Of a DNA stretch of 64,000 bases, positions 1-11,027 are shown piece by piece. Position numbers and translations under genes: made by a program. The notes beneath the pieces were generated by a model that made no database searches, had not been told where the DNA came from, and saw only the letters and a list, made by a program, of their open reading frames with translations. The stretch is taken from IMG/VR virus record IMGVR_UViG_3300009744_000018. One strand, 5' to 3'. This stretch comes from a virus. Its lineage: Duplodnaviria; Heunggongvirae; Uroviricota; Caudoviricetes. Positions within the stretch are counted from its first letter, which is position 1; each line of letters opens with the position of its first letter.

Positions 1-3000
1 CAGTTTACATAACTGGTGTATGGGATGGCTTAGAGCAAAGAATTTATATAAATGGAGTTTTGAGCAACTCTATTTCAACCACAATAAGTGTAATTGATTA
101 TACTGATATTGCACCATTTAGGTTGGCTAAAATTACATCACTTAATACTAACAGGCTTTGGTCCGGAAAAATAGGAAGATTTGAATTATGGGGCAATGCA
201 TTAACCGAAACAGAAATAAATAAATATATGAGAAAAGCTCCATTTGGTACCGAGTCAGGCTTAATATCTTTTTGGGATATAAATAATAATAGCGGAACAA
301 CAGTTTTTGACATGGCAGGAACAAATGACGGTACAATTTATGGAGCTACCTGGACAGATACTAATTTTTTGGAAGGTCAATTTAATAATGCAAAAGTTAT
401 TGATAATAATTTAGAACTAATAAGATTTAATAATTATGCTAGCTATAATATAGATAAAGATATTGTTGATTTATATAGTGGAACCAGATACCCTCCTGCT
501 ACTGATAACTATACATACAGAGATGATGGTAGAATATATTCTTCATTATATGTTCCAAGAGGTACTGAAAATATTATAGCAACAAAAGCAACTACAGCCT
601 TGTGGGGGGCTGGAGGTTTTGAAGGTGGAGACTGTGAAGTTATAACTGACACAAGTTGTCCTGTTGGTGATGGAAAAGTTATTAAATTAGATGCAACCAC
701 AAATACTAGCTTTGAAGATTTAGGCTCTGTTACATTTACAGATACAGAACTTAATACTGGAGATATATATACTCTATCTTGGTGGTTTAAGGGCAATTCC
801 CAACCGGCTTATGCTGATAGAATATACTACACTGATGGCACTTGGTCAAGGGCTACAAAAACGTGGAAATCTCAACCATCTCCTGACCCTAATAATTGGC
901 AGTATTATGAAGTAGAGATGTTAATACAAGATAATGGAGGGAAGACATATTCTTCTTGGAAAGTACCAAGATTTTTTTATGGTTCTACTGATGATACAAG
1001 CATTGGATATTTTTCACCATTCCAACTTGAAAAAAAGTCTTATGCAACAGACTTTATTAATGGCACTAGAACAGGTGCTGGATTATCTTATACTCCATCA
1101 TCTTTTGGAGTTGATTTTAATAGTAAAAATTGGACAGTAATGGCCTGGGTTAAATATGGAGAGACAATTACGGCTGGTACACGTTCAACAGCCTTTGAGC
1201 TTGGAAGTTACTATATAGCAGGAGAAACTGATATAGGTGTAGGCACTAGGACATCTACCAACAGACTTAATCTTTATGGTTATGAAAATAAAGCAGGGCA
1301 ATTTGGAGGAGGTATTAACTTAACCCCATCAGAGGCTAAGGACTGGATATTAGTTGCTTTAACCTGCAATAGCTCTAAATTAACACTTCATACAGTGTCA
1401 AATGAAAGCGGCTATCAGAGTGTGACTGATGATGCAAATTGGGATACCTCTGCAAACCCTATTAGGGATAATTTATTTGTTGGCAGGTATGGGTGGAACA
1501 ATGGAGAAATTAATGGAAATATAGAGGATTTAGTTGTTGTTCCATATGAAATAACAGGCTCACAAATAGAAAAGATTGGTCTCCAGGCAGAAAATGCTGC
1601 TGGAATCTCAAGTGGCTCCTATATCTCAAAACAAATTGATTTGTCCAACATGAACAGTGTTTCAAATAGCAATATTTCATGGGGGTATGGTTTTAATAAT
1701 TCGTATTATATTGTTGGGACAGGGATGGAAGATAACAACTCAGCCCACAGCATATTAATTAATGGAGCAGAAAAATCACTAGATTCAAGAGGTTTAAATT
1801 TAGTTAGGTTAGACAGTAACGGGGACTACATAGAAAGTAAGAGTTATGACACACATGGAAGTTCTGCAGAAAGTGATGCTTGTGCTACATATATAAATGG
1901 GTTGCCAAATACTGATTATTTAATAGTTGCATCTCAAGACCAGGCTGCTGGGGCGGCTTCAGGAGCAAGTTCTGGTAATTTGACTCAATCCTGTATTGAT
2001 GCTATAGCAAATAGACTTTCTAGCACATCTATATCTACTTTGGAATATAGAAGTAATTGGTTAATTTTCTCAAAAATAGATGGAGAAAAAATTGTTGAAA
2101 AGTATAGAAGTAGACAAACAGGGAATGTTAAGTGGGCTCATGACATAAGCGTGGAAACAAGTGCAGATAATCAAGCAACTTGGCAAAGTGTTAGTAACGG
2201 AGGGCAAATTCAAAGTTCTATGAATTCAGCAGACTCCCTTTATATAAAGGCAACATTAAAAACTGAAGATGGAACAGTAAGTACTTTTTTAGATAGTCTG
2301 ACAGTAGAGATAGAAACCCCGATTCAATATAAGTGGGATTCAAATACAACAACCCCCTCCTTGTGGGATGAAATAACAGCAAATCCTGTAACACAATCTT
2401 CCGACGGAATCTGGTATTTGCATACAAAATATTTTGAAAATAATGAACCAGTTACTGAGTATAAAGGTACTTTCAATATTGACAAAACTCCGCCAGTATC
2501 TCCAAATGTAACATTAGTAAATAATACCAGCCATTCACTTTCTCTAAGCTGGACGGCTGAAGACAGCCTGAGCGGCCTTGATTATGTCCGACTTTATGTT
2601 CAAAAATCTGATTCAGGAAATGCTCATGTTGCCGATATAGATATTGATGGCAATGGAACAACTGAATACAGTCTTCCTATTGGAACTCAAACATCATATA
2701 CGGTTGATGGGCTTGAAGAATATCAACATTACAGATATTATATTAGAGTTTATGATAAGGCTGGGAATATAGCAAATGATGGTTACCACCTAATGATAAC
2801 TGATGACATTACAGAACCTGTAGTAGGCTATAATTTAAATAGCAGAGACTGGCTAAACACAAATGTAGATGAGGTAATTAATGTTGATGACCAGGCGGGT
2901 TCTGGTGTAGCAGAGGCATGGTATAAGTGGACTAACTCAGCTGTTCAACCTACTGATGGATGGATTGTAATGGGAACAACTACTAATTTCAATACCTCTC

Positions 3001-5948
3001 AATCACAAGAAGGTGAATGGTATTTACACATCAAAGCAACTGATAATTATTCAAATACAGCCTATGACTACTCAGGACCGTACAAGATAGATAAAACAGC
3101 ACCAGTAATCAACTCAACCAATATAACGCTCGATTCACCAACAAATGTCTATGATACCTATACAGCAACAATAGAATGGGATGTAGAGGATGCTTATAGT
3201 GGTGTTAATAAGACAGAGTTAGGATTTTATAAGGGGTCAAACGGCTTGGAGTTTGATGGTGTTAATGATTATGTGGATTGCGGAAATAGTACAGAACTAG
3301 ATATTACAGAGAGTATAACATTAGAGTGCTGGGTTAAAGGGAACCATCTTGGAAGTTGGGATAGGATTCTTGCCAAAGGATATGACAACTCATGGTTTTT
3401 GGGTACTTTTGATACTAATGGTACAGCAAGATTCAGGTTAGACTCTAACTCAAGCATGATAGCACAATTAGAAAGCAACACTATAATTCAAGATGGCAAA
3501 TGGCATCACATTTCCGGAACTTATGATGGTGCTCAATTAAAGCTTTATATTGATGGAATTCTAGAAAATCAAACATCTGGTACTGGGCTTATAAATATTG
3601 TTACATCTAATTTATATATTGGAGATGTAGACTTTACTTCCAGTTTTGCATATTCTGGTGTGGTAAAAGATGCAAGAATCTGGAACACAGCCAGAACAGC
3701 CGACCAGATTAAAGATAATATGTACACCAAACTAACAGGCAACGAAACTGGCCTCGTCGCTTACTACCCAATGGACGAAGACACAGGAACCACCCTGATA
3801 GACAAAGCAGGTTCTAATAACGGCACAATAAATGGTGCTACCTGGGATGAAGGTGGATGGTACTACGATGAAAACACCTTGCCTGATGGTATAACAACTA
3901 ATGTTGACATGGATAATATAACAGGTGGTGGTGTAAAGAGTGCTACTTTTAATAATATACCAAGAGAAGTAGAGATAGGTGCAGAGTTTAATGTAATAGA
4001 TAATGCTACTAATAATATTAAAAAAAGAAGTGATAATAATTGTTTAAGTTTTGATGGTGTTGATGATTATGTGAAAATAAATAATGTAGGATTTAACTCA
4101 GAACAAATAACTATTGAGTTCTGGGCTAAAATAAACACATCTTCAGGTAAGAATTATGCTTTTGATACAGGGGACGAAAGAGACCCATTGATGAAGTGGG
4201 ATGATGGTGACACTTCTGTAATAATTTGGGGGCTTGGTTCTACAGGATATACCAATTATTCCCAGGGTTATAAAATAGGTGAGTTTGCTCATTATGCTTT
4301 AACTTATGACAATTCTACTGAGAGATTATATATAAATGGAGATGAAGTTGATAGCAAAACAGGTTCAGAAATTGTAAATTTTGATGATTTATGGATAGGT
4401 AATTATAATAATTTAGGTTATTCAATTGATGGGCTTATTTACGATTTTCAAATCTGGAACAAAGCACTAACCCAAACAGAAATACAAAACTACATGCACA
4501 ACAAGCCTGACCCTAACGACCCTAACTTAGTTGCATACTACCCCTTCTCAGAAGGGAGTGGAAATACTCTCTATGATGTAACACCTAATAGTAATCATGG
4601 AACTATTAATGGGGCTACATGGGAGAAAGAATATGATTATGCGCTTAGTTTTGATGGTAATGAGTATATTACTATACCAGATGTAGCTGAAGAAATACAT
4701 GGTGGAACAGAAGCTACTATTGAATTTTGGTGTAGAGCAGATGAATTATATTCAACCGGAAGTGGAATAGTTCAACTTTCTGGATTTGAAAGTACTAATG
4801 GCAACTTATATCCTTATAATTCTTTTACTAAAGTGTACTTAGATGTTTTTAGAACTGACAGAATTGGCCCAATTTACACTAATTCTCCAGTAAATGAGCT
4901 TCATCATTTTGCAATAACAACAACTCCTGGAACTGACGGCTGGAGGTTTTATCAAAACGGAGAGCTGATTCATTCTGCTACTGGACCGGGTAGCGTATCT
5001 GCTAATTATAATGATTTTACTCTTGGGTTTAATTCAGGAAACAGATATCTGCACGGAATAATGAATGATGTTAGAATCTGGAACACAGCCAGAACCCAAA
5101 CCGAAATCCAGGAAAATATGCATAAAGAATTAACAGGTGACGAGTCTGGATTGGTTGCCTACTACAAGATGAACGAGTTTTCAGGCAACACTTTAATCGA
5201 CCACGCAGGTGATAATGACGGCCGGATAGAGGGAGCACACTGGGTTGATAAAGAAGGAAATGAGATTTATACACCAAGAATCATAAATGTTAGAACAGTA
5301 ACAACTAATTCTGACTATGAAATGGGAATAAACTCAGATTATAAATCTCAAACAGAATACGAAACTGGTATCAACAAAGATTACCAGTCGCCAAGTTCTC
5401 AAATAATAGATGTTTTATCAAAGTCATACGATTCTCCTACACTCTACGAAATAGGTAAAAGAACAAATTATAAATCACAAACATTATATGAAGCAGGCAT
5501 AAACAAAACAGAAGGTCCGGCACCTTCACTACAGGATATCTTGGTATTGTATGACGAACCTATCTTAGTAAGCGGTAAATTCTCGCAAGGCATAAGGCTA
5601 GGTCTATCAGACTTAGAAATTGATATCAGCGATTTTACTGAATGGACAATGCATGTATTTAGAAGAGGTATAGACGATAGTGAGTTTAGAACAATATTCA
5701 TCAACTCAAATGGAGAAGTTTATGTTGATAACGAAATAAACAATGAGTATGATGTTAGCTGGTTTGAGAGCACAAATGAAAAAATAACTATTAAAAGTGG
5801 GGCCATTGATATAGATGAGCTTTTAGTTTTTCCACAGATAATAGACCAAAAACAGATTGGCAGAATGGGTGGGTCACCGTTTTATGACCCTAACAGAAGT
5901 GTAAAAATTGATATGCCGGATTCAGTCGATATGGAGGTAATGCAATAA
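1..5948 (+). CDS. Giant tail fibre / host-adhesion protein with repeated LamG (concanavalin-like lectin) and FN3-like domains; 5' end lies upstream of the window
   Basis: The frame is open back to position 3 with no stop, and the track start at 60 is TTG. At least 6 repeats of the Laminin_G_3 signature (..IWN.ALT..EI...M...LVAYYP..E.SG.T..D..G.N.GTI.GATW..). There are FN3-like segments (TPPVSPNVTLVNNTSHSLSLSWTAED) and the protein exceeds 1962 aa. Confidence 0.6.
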   Translation, partial: VYITGVWDGLEQRIYINGVLSNSISTTISVIDYTDIAPFRLAKITSLNTNRLWSGKIGRFELWGNALTETEINKYMRKAPFGTESGLISFWDINNNSGTTVFDMAGTNDGTIYGATWTDTNFLEGQFNNAKVIDNNLELIRFNNYASYNIDKDIVDLYSGTRYPPATDNYTYRDDGRIYSSLYVPRGTENIIATKATTALWGAGGFEGGDCEVITDTSCPVGDGKVIKLDATTNTSFEDLGSVTFTDTELNTGDIYTLSWWFKGNSQPAYADRIYYTDGTWSRATKTWKSQPSPDPNNWQYYEVEMLIQDNGGKTYSSWKVPRFFYGSTDDTSIGYFSPFQLEKKSYATDFINGTRTGAGLSYTPSSFGVDFNSKNWTVMAWVKYGETITAGTRSTAFELGSYYIAGETDIGVGTRTSTNRLNLYGYENKAGQFGGGINLTPSEAKDWILVALTCNSSKLTLHTVSNESGYQSVTDDANWDTSANPIRDNLFVGRYGWNNGEINGNIEDLVVVPYEITGSQIEKIGLQAENAAGISSGSYISKQIDLSNMNSVSNSNISWGYGFNNSYYIVGTGMEDNNSAHSILINGAEKSLDSRGLNLVRLDSNGDYIESKSYDTHGSSAESDACATYINGLPNTDYLIVASQDQAAGAASGASSGNLTQSCIDAIANRLSSTSISTLEYRSNWLIFSKIDGEKIVEKYRSRQTGNVKWAHDISVETSADNQATWQSVSNGGQIQSSMNSADSLYIKATLKTEDGTVSTFLDSLTVEIETPIQYKWDSNTTTPSLWDEITANPVTQSSDGIWYLHTKYFENNEPVTEYKGTFNIDKTPPVSPNVTLVNNTSHSLSLSWTAEDSLSGLDYVRLYVQKSDSGNAHVADIDIDGNGTTEYSLPIGTQTSYTVDGLEEYQHYRYYIRVYDKAGNIANDGYHLMITDDITEPVVGYNLNSRDWLNTNVDEVINVDDQAGSGVAEAWYKWTNSAVQPTDGWIVMGTTTNFNTSQSQEGEWYLHIKATDNYSNTAYDYSGPYKIDKTAPVINSTNITLDSPTNVYDTYTATIEWDVEDAYSGVNKTELGFYKGSNGLEFDGVNDYVDCGNSTELDITESITLECWVKGNHLGSWDRILAKGYDNSWFLGTFDTNGTARFRLDSNSSMIAQLESNTIIQDGKWHHISGTYDGAQLKLYIDGILENQTSGTGLINIVTSNLYIGDVDFTSSFAYSGVVKDARIWNTARTADQIKDNMYTKLTGNETGLVAYYPMDEDTGTTLIDKAGSNNGTINGATWDEGGWYYDENTLPDGITTNVDMDNITGGGVKSATFNNIPREVEIGAEFNVIDNATNNIKKRSDNNCLSFDGVDDYVKINNVGFNSEQITIEFWAKINTSSGKNYAFDTGDERDPLMKWDDGDTSVIIWGLGSTGYTNYSQGYKIGEFAHYALTYDNSTERLYINGDEVDSKTGSEIVNFDDLWIGNYNNLGYSIDGLIYDFQIWNKALTQTEIQNYMHNKPDPNDPNLVAYYPFSEGSGNTLYDVTPNSNHGTINGATWEKEYDYALSFDGNEYITIPDVAEEIHGGTEATIEFWCRADELYSTGSGIVQLSGFESTNGNLYPYNSFTKVYLDVFRTDRIGPIYTNSPVNELHHFAITTTPGTDGWRFYQNGELIHSATGPGSVSANYNDFTLGFNSGNRYLHGIMNDVRIWNTARTQTEIQENMHKELTGDESGLVAYYKMNEFSGNTLIDHAGDNDGRIEGAHWVDKEGNEIYTPRIINVRTVTTNSDYEMGINSDYKSQTEYETGINKDYQSPSSQIIDVLSKSYDSPTLYEIGKRTNYKSQTLYEAGINKTEGPAPSLQDILVLYDEPILVSGKFSQGIRLGLSDLEIDISDFTEWTMHVFRRGIDDSEFRTIFINSNGEVYVDNEINNEYDVSWFESTNEKITIKSGAIDIDELLVFPQIIDQKQIGRMGGSPFYDPNRSVKIDMPDSVDMEVMQ

Positions 5949-7834
5949 TGGCGAAGATACTTAAAGATATATATGTGTCTTGGACCTGGGAAGGAGACGA
6001 AATGTTACTTGAGGGGTTTAATGTAGCAATAGCCCCCCAAGGCTCTGACCCTAACACAGAGGCAATAATTATACAAAAAACAAGTTCAGAAAAAACAGAT
6101 ATATTAAATAGAGGTACAACTCAGTACGAGCATATTTTTAGAAATATAACATTAAATAAAGACACAAACTACATAGCATGGGTTCAGTCTCTAACTGATG
6201 GCTTTGATTCAGAATGGCTGTCAGCAACAGGTATCAACGTTTCTGATGATGGCAAAGCTACAATAGCTACTACTGATGCTGATGGCAACCCAATAACTTC
6301 TTCTGGTGGAGATGTTACTATAGATTCAGCAGGTATAACTGTAGTAAATGGAGCTTTTAAACTAGTAAACTCTTCAGGCTCAATCACAATAGATAACACT
6401 GGTATAACAGCAAATGACGGCTCTAAAGACACATTCAAAATAGATAGTAATGGCAACGCATCATTTAGCGGTTCAGTAAATGTAGGCTCAAATATTGCCG
6501 GTATTGATACAAGCGCCGAAGACTTAGAAACAGTAAGTGGTTCTACATTAAAATCTTCAGGTTCTTGGCTACGGAATGGCTTTGAAGATGGAGAGTTTGA
6601 TATGTGGTCTTCTGGAGTAGTTAGGGAAACAGATAGTTTTTCTGGGAATTATTCAGGGCTTTTTACTTCATCAAATACTTCTCCAGCTTCAAGTGGCTCC
6701 ATTGGTGAACCTTCAATGACTATACCCGAAGAAATAGCACTAAGTTTGGCAGGTAAGAGAGTAAGAATTTCAGTTTTTGCTAAATGGCCAGAAGTAAATG
6801 AGTCAAGCGAATTTGCTGTATCTTATTCAACAAATGACACTGGAAATAGTGGATGGCATCACTTTAATCAAGATATAGATTGGAAAAGATTTTCATTTTA
6901 CTACACTGTTCCAGAGCCAGTTGCTGGAGGGGTTGATTATATTGGTATATGGGGTGACACATCTGGTTTGGGTGGTGGCGTTTTAATAGATAATGTCGTA
7001 ATAGAAACTATGCCTGGTTCAGAAAATAATAGCATAATCATCGATGATGCTGGAATAAAAACTTTAGGTACAGATGGAGACTATTCAATATTAACAGATG
7101 ACTCTCTTATTTTTTATCAGAACGGGGTTTCAACACCTCATTACTATTCTAAAAGAGTTGCTTATGGAGTAGCCCAAGATGGTGACTATATTAATCTAGG
7201 GTGGAAAAATGAACCAAAAGTTTCTACTGCTATAAGGCAGTTAAGAAGTTACTCAGCTGGTTACCCCTCAAGAAATCAAACATATGAGTCTTATGCATCC
7301 GGAATTGATGCTGACGGGTTTTATGTTTACGGTCGTTCAACAATTAAAGGTACTTCTGGCTCTACAGCAATTGGTGCCAAGATTTCGGCACAGGGTTCAG
7401 CTTATTCATATATGGGGTCATATTCATCAACAAACGATTCTGCTGCCTATAATACAACTACTGGCATAGTGGCAGGGGGCACTAGTTACTTAAAGATTCA
7501 GTTTTATGTTAATAGCTCGTCTTCTCAACATTCAAGTCTAGCACCTAGGGGTGTTAGGATATATTACAAAATAGAGGGTGCTGGAAGCTGGACTCATTAT
7601 AAAAATTACCAAAATATTGGTGTCGGAAGATATTACTGCGAAATACCAGGATTAGCTGCTAATAGATATCAGGTAAGAATGTATGTATACGCAAATGCTT
7701 ATGCTAATACAAATGAATTGGACACAAAAACTTCACAAATAACTGCAACACTCGAGAGTGTTTATTATACAGCTAACGAAACCACAATAGATTATGGAGA
7801 TGTAATGTGGATTGCAGTTGAAGGAGGAGCTTAA
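5948..7834 (+). CDS. Tail fibre protein (repetitive fibre shaft plus C-terminal carbohydrate-binding-like jelly-roll)
   Basis: The ATG overlaps the TAA of the upstream gene. The sequence has G/S/T/N-rich repeats typical of fibres (ITIDNTGITANDGSKDTFKIDSNGNASFSGSVNVGS). A CBM-like segment follows (WLRNGFEDGEFDMWSSG..). Confidence 0.55.
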   Translation: MAKILKDIYVSWTWEGDEMLLEGFNVAIAPQGSDPNTEAIIIQKTSSEKTDILNRGTTQYEHIFRNITLNKDTNYIAWVQSLTDGFDSEWLSATGINVSDDGKATIATTDADGNPITSSGGDVTIDSAGITVVNGAFKLVNSSGSITIDNTGITANDGSKDTFKIDSNGNASFSGSVNVGSNIAGIDTSAEDLETVSGSTLKSSGSWLRNGFEDGEFDMWSSGVVRETDSFSGNYSGLFTSSNTSPASSGSIGEPSMTIPEEIALSLAGKRVRISVFAKWPEVNESSEFAVSYSTNDTGNSGWHHFNQDIDWKRFSFYYTVPEPVAGGVDYIGIWGDTSGLGGGVLIDNVVIETMPGSENNSIIIDDAGIKTLGTDGDYSILTDDSLIFYQNGVSTPHYYSKRVAYGVAQDGDYINLGWKNEPKVSTAIRQLRSYSAGYPSRNQTYESYASGIDADGFYVYGRSTIKGTSGSTAIGAKISAQGSAYSYMGSYSSTNDSAAYNTTTGIVAGGTSYLKIQFYVNSSSSQHSSLAPRGVRIYYKIEGAGSWTHYKNYQNIGVGRYYCEIPGLAANRYQVRMYVYANAYANTNELDTKTSQITATLESVYYTANETTIDYGDVMWIAVEGGA

Positions 7835-8344
7835 ATGCCTAGCAGATTATTATTTGATAAAAGAAACAAAGAAATATTAAGGTGTCAGCCTGAACCCTTC
7901 GGTAGCGCAGGTCTTCCGAGTTTTGAAGCATTATGCAATTCTGCAAGGGTACCGCTTGATGAAATCCAATACATGAATACTATAGTTATAAACGAAGATA
8001 TACTTACAAGAGAGGCTAAATCAAATTTTTACTTAAGTGAAAATGATAATGGCAGTATTGTTCTGATAGAGAAGCCAGAAGCACTTATAGTTTTAGAAAA
8101 TGAAATTATTAATATATCTGCCGATAATACAGCAACAATAAGAGTTTATTTAGACAATCTAAACTCTTATATAGATTATAGTTATGTAACACTTAATATT
8201 AACGGAGTTGAATTTAATGTAAAGATAGATATTAATACATATGAAGGCTTAAAGTATATAAAAATTGAAGAGGCAGGAGAGTATATAATATCAGGTAGTG
8301 ATGACAGATTTAATATTAATGAAGTTATGATAAGTGCAGTTTAA
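7835..8344 (+). CDS. Hypothetical protein, tail-fibre-associated (possible assembly/chaperone partner)
   Basis: The ATG overlaps the stop of the upstream fibre gene, which suggests translational coupling. I see no recognisable motif. Confidence 0.4.
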   Translation: MPSRLLFDKRNKEILRCQPEPFGSAGLPSFEALCNSARVPLDEIQYMNTIVINEDILTREAKSNFYLSENDNGSIVLIEKPEALIVLENEIINISADNTATIRVYLDNLNSYIDYSYVTLNINGVEFNVKIDINTYEGLKYIKIEEAGEYIISGSDDRFNINEVMISAV

Positions 8345-8368
8345 AACAAGAAATGGAGGTGTTGTTTT

Positions 8369-9235
8369 TTGCTAAAAAAAGGCATTGTTAGGCCAATTGC
8401 ATATGACGAAATAAGCCATAAGTTTTTACTAAAAAATATAAAAAACCATACACATACTGATTATATGAAGCAAAAAAATATGAGAAAATACTCAACAGAA
8501 GATTTGTATTTTATGTATAATTCATACATTAATTATAATTTAAGGAATTTACTTAATTTGAGCGTATTTGAATTTTCTTGGGAACATCCAAGCAAAATAA
8601 AAAATAGAGATTTTGATATAGAAGAAAACTGGGTTATACAAGATAATACAGATATGTATTTGAGACAAACAAAAGAAAATAAAGTAAATTTAGGATTAGA
8701 TATCTTAGAGAACGGAACTTACTGGCCAATAGTTGTTGAAGTAATAGATGGAGATTTATATGTATACGAGGGTAACCATAGAGCTTTTGCTATAAAAAAG
8801 ATGGTAGAAACTGGCGATTGGCCAGAAGATAAAAAGGTGCTTTGTATGAGGGTTAATGGCGACTACCAAAGAATCAAAGCTAGAAAAAAAGTAATAGAAT
8901 TAGAGAGACCAGTAAAACAGTTAGCTCCGTTTGTGACAATTTACGGAGATGAAAATAATAAAAAAGAGGATAGAGATTTTATAGAAAAGAACTTATTTAA
9001 ATCTGATAATATTGAATTTCATAGTGATAAAAAAATACTATTAAAAAAAGAAGTTTATGACTATAGCAGCTTACTTTTTTTAACTCAAGCATTGCCTCAC
9101 TGGATGAGAGATATTATATGGTTAAATCAAAATGATACAGGCACTCCAATAAAGTCAAGCAGAGTTGTTAATGATGAGAGTTTATGGAATAGATTTGTTG
9201 GAGGAGAAATTTTTAATGAAAATATAGATAATTAG
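8369..9235 (+). CDS. ParB/Sulfiredoxin-fold domain protein (paralog 1)
   Basis: TTG start with a GGAGGTG RBS. The motif GTYWPIVVEVIDGDLYVYEGNHRAFAI matches the ParB/Srx (D/E)GxHR nucleotide-binding signature, and it is a paralog of 9241-10116. Confidence 0.5.
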   Translation: MLKKGIVRPIAYDEISHKFLLKNIKNHTHTDYMKQKNMRKYSTEDLYFMYNSYINYNLRNLLNLSVFEFSWEHPSKIKNRDFDIEENWVIQDNTDMYLRQTKENKVNLGLDILENGTYWPIVVEVIDGDLYVYEGNHRAFAIKKMVETGDWPEDKKVLCMRVNGDYQRIKARKKVIELERPVKQLAPFVTIYGDENNKKEDRDFIEKNLFKSDNIEFHSDKKILLKKEVYDYSSLLFLTQALPHWMRDIIWLNQNDTGTPIKSSRVVNDESLWNRFVGGEIFNENIDN

Positions 9236-9240
9236 CAAGG

Positions 9241-10116
9241 GTGGGACTATTGAACAGATATAATATAGATAGACTAAAGCTTGATTATGATGAAAGAAAT
9301 GATAGGCATGTTCTGCCTGCACTTTACAGGCATTTACACACGGCGTATTTAAACCAGGAAAACTCATGTATATTTGATAAAGAATATATAAAATATATGT
9401 ACAATACATATATTAATTATAATTTGAAAAATATTTTAGAAGCTGAGCTTTTTAGGTTTTTATGGATTCACCCTAAATTTATTTATATAACAGAAAAGAA
9501 AAAGAAAGAAGAGCAGTGGGCAATGAGAAATCAAGCAAATCAATTTAAAGATGCTTACCTTGTAGAATCCAGGAACAATAAGGAAAAGTTAGGCTTGGAC
9601 GTGTTAAAAAACGGTACTTACTGGCCACTAGTTATATCAGCCAGAAGGTATCAAAGATTGTTTTATGTCTATGAAGGTAGCCACCGAATGTTATCAATAA
9701 GAAGCCTTTATAAAAATAATTTATGGCCAGAAGATAAAAAGATGTTATGTTTAAATATAATAACTAGAGATTTTTATGAATTAAAATATGGCAAGGAATT
9801 TATAGAATTAAAAAAACCAATAGAACAAGTATTACCTTTTTCTGTAGTTTATGGAGACGAATATAATACACCAGACGGAAAAGAATTTGTTAAAGATAAA
9901 TGTTTTAAGAGAGATGGAGCTTCATTTTTTGACCCAAAGAAAGAACTAATTAAAATGAAAATATATAATTATAGCGACCTTTTGTATGCAAATCAAAGTA
10001 TGTCACACTGGTTGAGAGATATATTTTGGCTTTATAAAGAAAATAATGAAGACATTATAAAACCAAGCAAAATAATAAATAGTGAAGATAAATGGAATAA
10101 ATTCATAGGGGGTTAA
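9241..10116 (+). CDS. ParB/Sulfiredoxin-fold domain protein (paralog 2)
   Basis: GTG start. The motif GTYWPLVISARRYQRLFYVYEGSHRMLSI is collinear with the 8369 paralog along the whole length (same N- and C-terminal extensions). Confidence 0.5.
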   Translation: MGLLNRYNIDRLKLDYDERNDRHVLPALYRHLHTAYLNQENSCIFDKEYIKYMYNTYINYNLKNILEAELFRFLWIHPKFIYITEKKKKEEQWAMRNQANQFKDAYLVESRNNKEKLGLDVLKNGTYWPLVISARRYQRLFYVYEGSHRMLSIRSLYKNNLWPEDKKMLCLNIITRDFYELKYGKEFIELKKPIEQVLPFSVVYGDEYNTPDGKEFVKDKCFKRDGASFFDPKKELIKMKIYNYSDLLYANQSMSHWLRDIFWLYKENNEDIIKPSKIINSEDKWNKFIGG

Positions 10117-10117
10117 A

Positions 10118-11023
10118 ATGCTTTCTCATATAAAAAGAATAGAGATAGAGATTAATGGGTATTGTAATAGAGAATGTCATTGGTGTCCAAACAAGGATAT
10201 TCAAAGAGATAAGAATCTTCCTATGCCGGAGGATACTTTTTTAAAATTAATCCAAGACCTTAAAAAAAATAATTTTAATAAAAATAAAAATAAAATATTC
10301 AACAAGATTTCATTTAATAGATTTTCTGAGCCAATGGCAGATATTAAATTACTTAAAAAAAGGTCTAACCAATTAAAAAATATCCTTGATAACGTATATT
10401 TATACGTAAATACTAATGGCGACTTTTTAAACAAAAAGAATATTAGCAATCTTAATTTAGATAGAATAAATGTTATGGACTATGATTGCAGAGGTACAGC
10501 ATATGGTTTTGAGCTAATAAACAATCTAGGCCTAAAAGTTAGAAGATTTGACACTGAAAATAAATATATATCAGCTATAGATGATAACTCTTTTGAGTTA
10601 AGGTATTTTTATAATTGGCCTCTGAATAACAATATAGAAAATATAGCTGAACTTTTAGATATTGAAAACAAAATAAAAATTAAAGACCCTCATAATCATG
10701 AGTACAAAAATATAGAGTGGCACAGCAACAGGAAAAGCAGACAAAGAAATAAAAAGTGCATAGAAATTTTTAATTATATTTCTATTGACTATAATGGTAA
10801 CGTTATGCCTTGTTGCCATATGAGAAGTGATGCTAAAAAGCATGAGGATTTCATACTCGGAAATATAAACGAAAAAAGTATATCAAATATATATTACTCA
10901 AAAAAATCTAAAAAATTTAGAAACATAATGCTTGGGAAAATTGATGATTACCCCAAAATATGCAAGAGATGTCATAAATATAGGGACAATGAAGAAATTA
11001 AAAATATTAAGGAATGCTGGTGA
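10118..11023 (+). CDS. Radical SAM enzyme with C-terminal twitch/SPASM-like auxiliary cluster domain (paralog 1)
   Basis: The N-terminus carries a CxxxCxxC motif (YCNRECHWC). The C-terminus reads MPCCHMR..ILGNINEKSISNIY...CKRCH, a SPASM/twitch-type signature (PC..GN(I/L)...SI..IY). The ATG follows the upstream TAA directly. Confidence 0.6.
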   Translation: MLSHIKRIEIEINGYCNRECHWCPNKDIQRDKNLPMPEDTFLKLIQDLKKNNFNKNKNKIFNKISFNRFSEPMADIKLLKKRSNQLKNILDNVYLYVNTNGDFLNKKNISNLNLDRINVMDYDCRGTAYGFELINNLGLKVRRFDTENKYISAIDDNSFELRYFYNWPLNNNIENIAELLDIENKIKIKDPHNHEYKNIEWHSNRKSRQRNKKCIEIFNYISIDYNGNVMPCCHMRSDAKKHEDFILGNINEKSISNIYYSKKSKKFRNIMLGKIDDYPKICKRCHKYRDNEEIKNIKECW

Positions 11024-11027
11024 TATA

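Noticed and set aside
98-5704. About ten short antisense ORFs from the track (60-100 aa) inside the giant LamG gene
   Set aside because: All lie on the opposite strand within a single continuous 5.9-kb reading frame with strong domain periodicity. They have low-complexity, codon-mirror compositions and no RBS.
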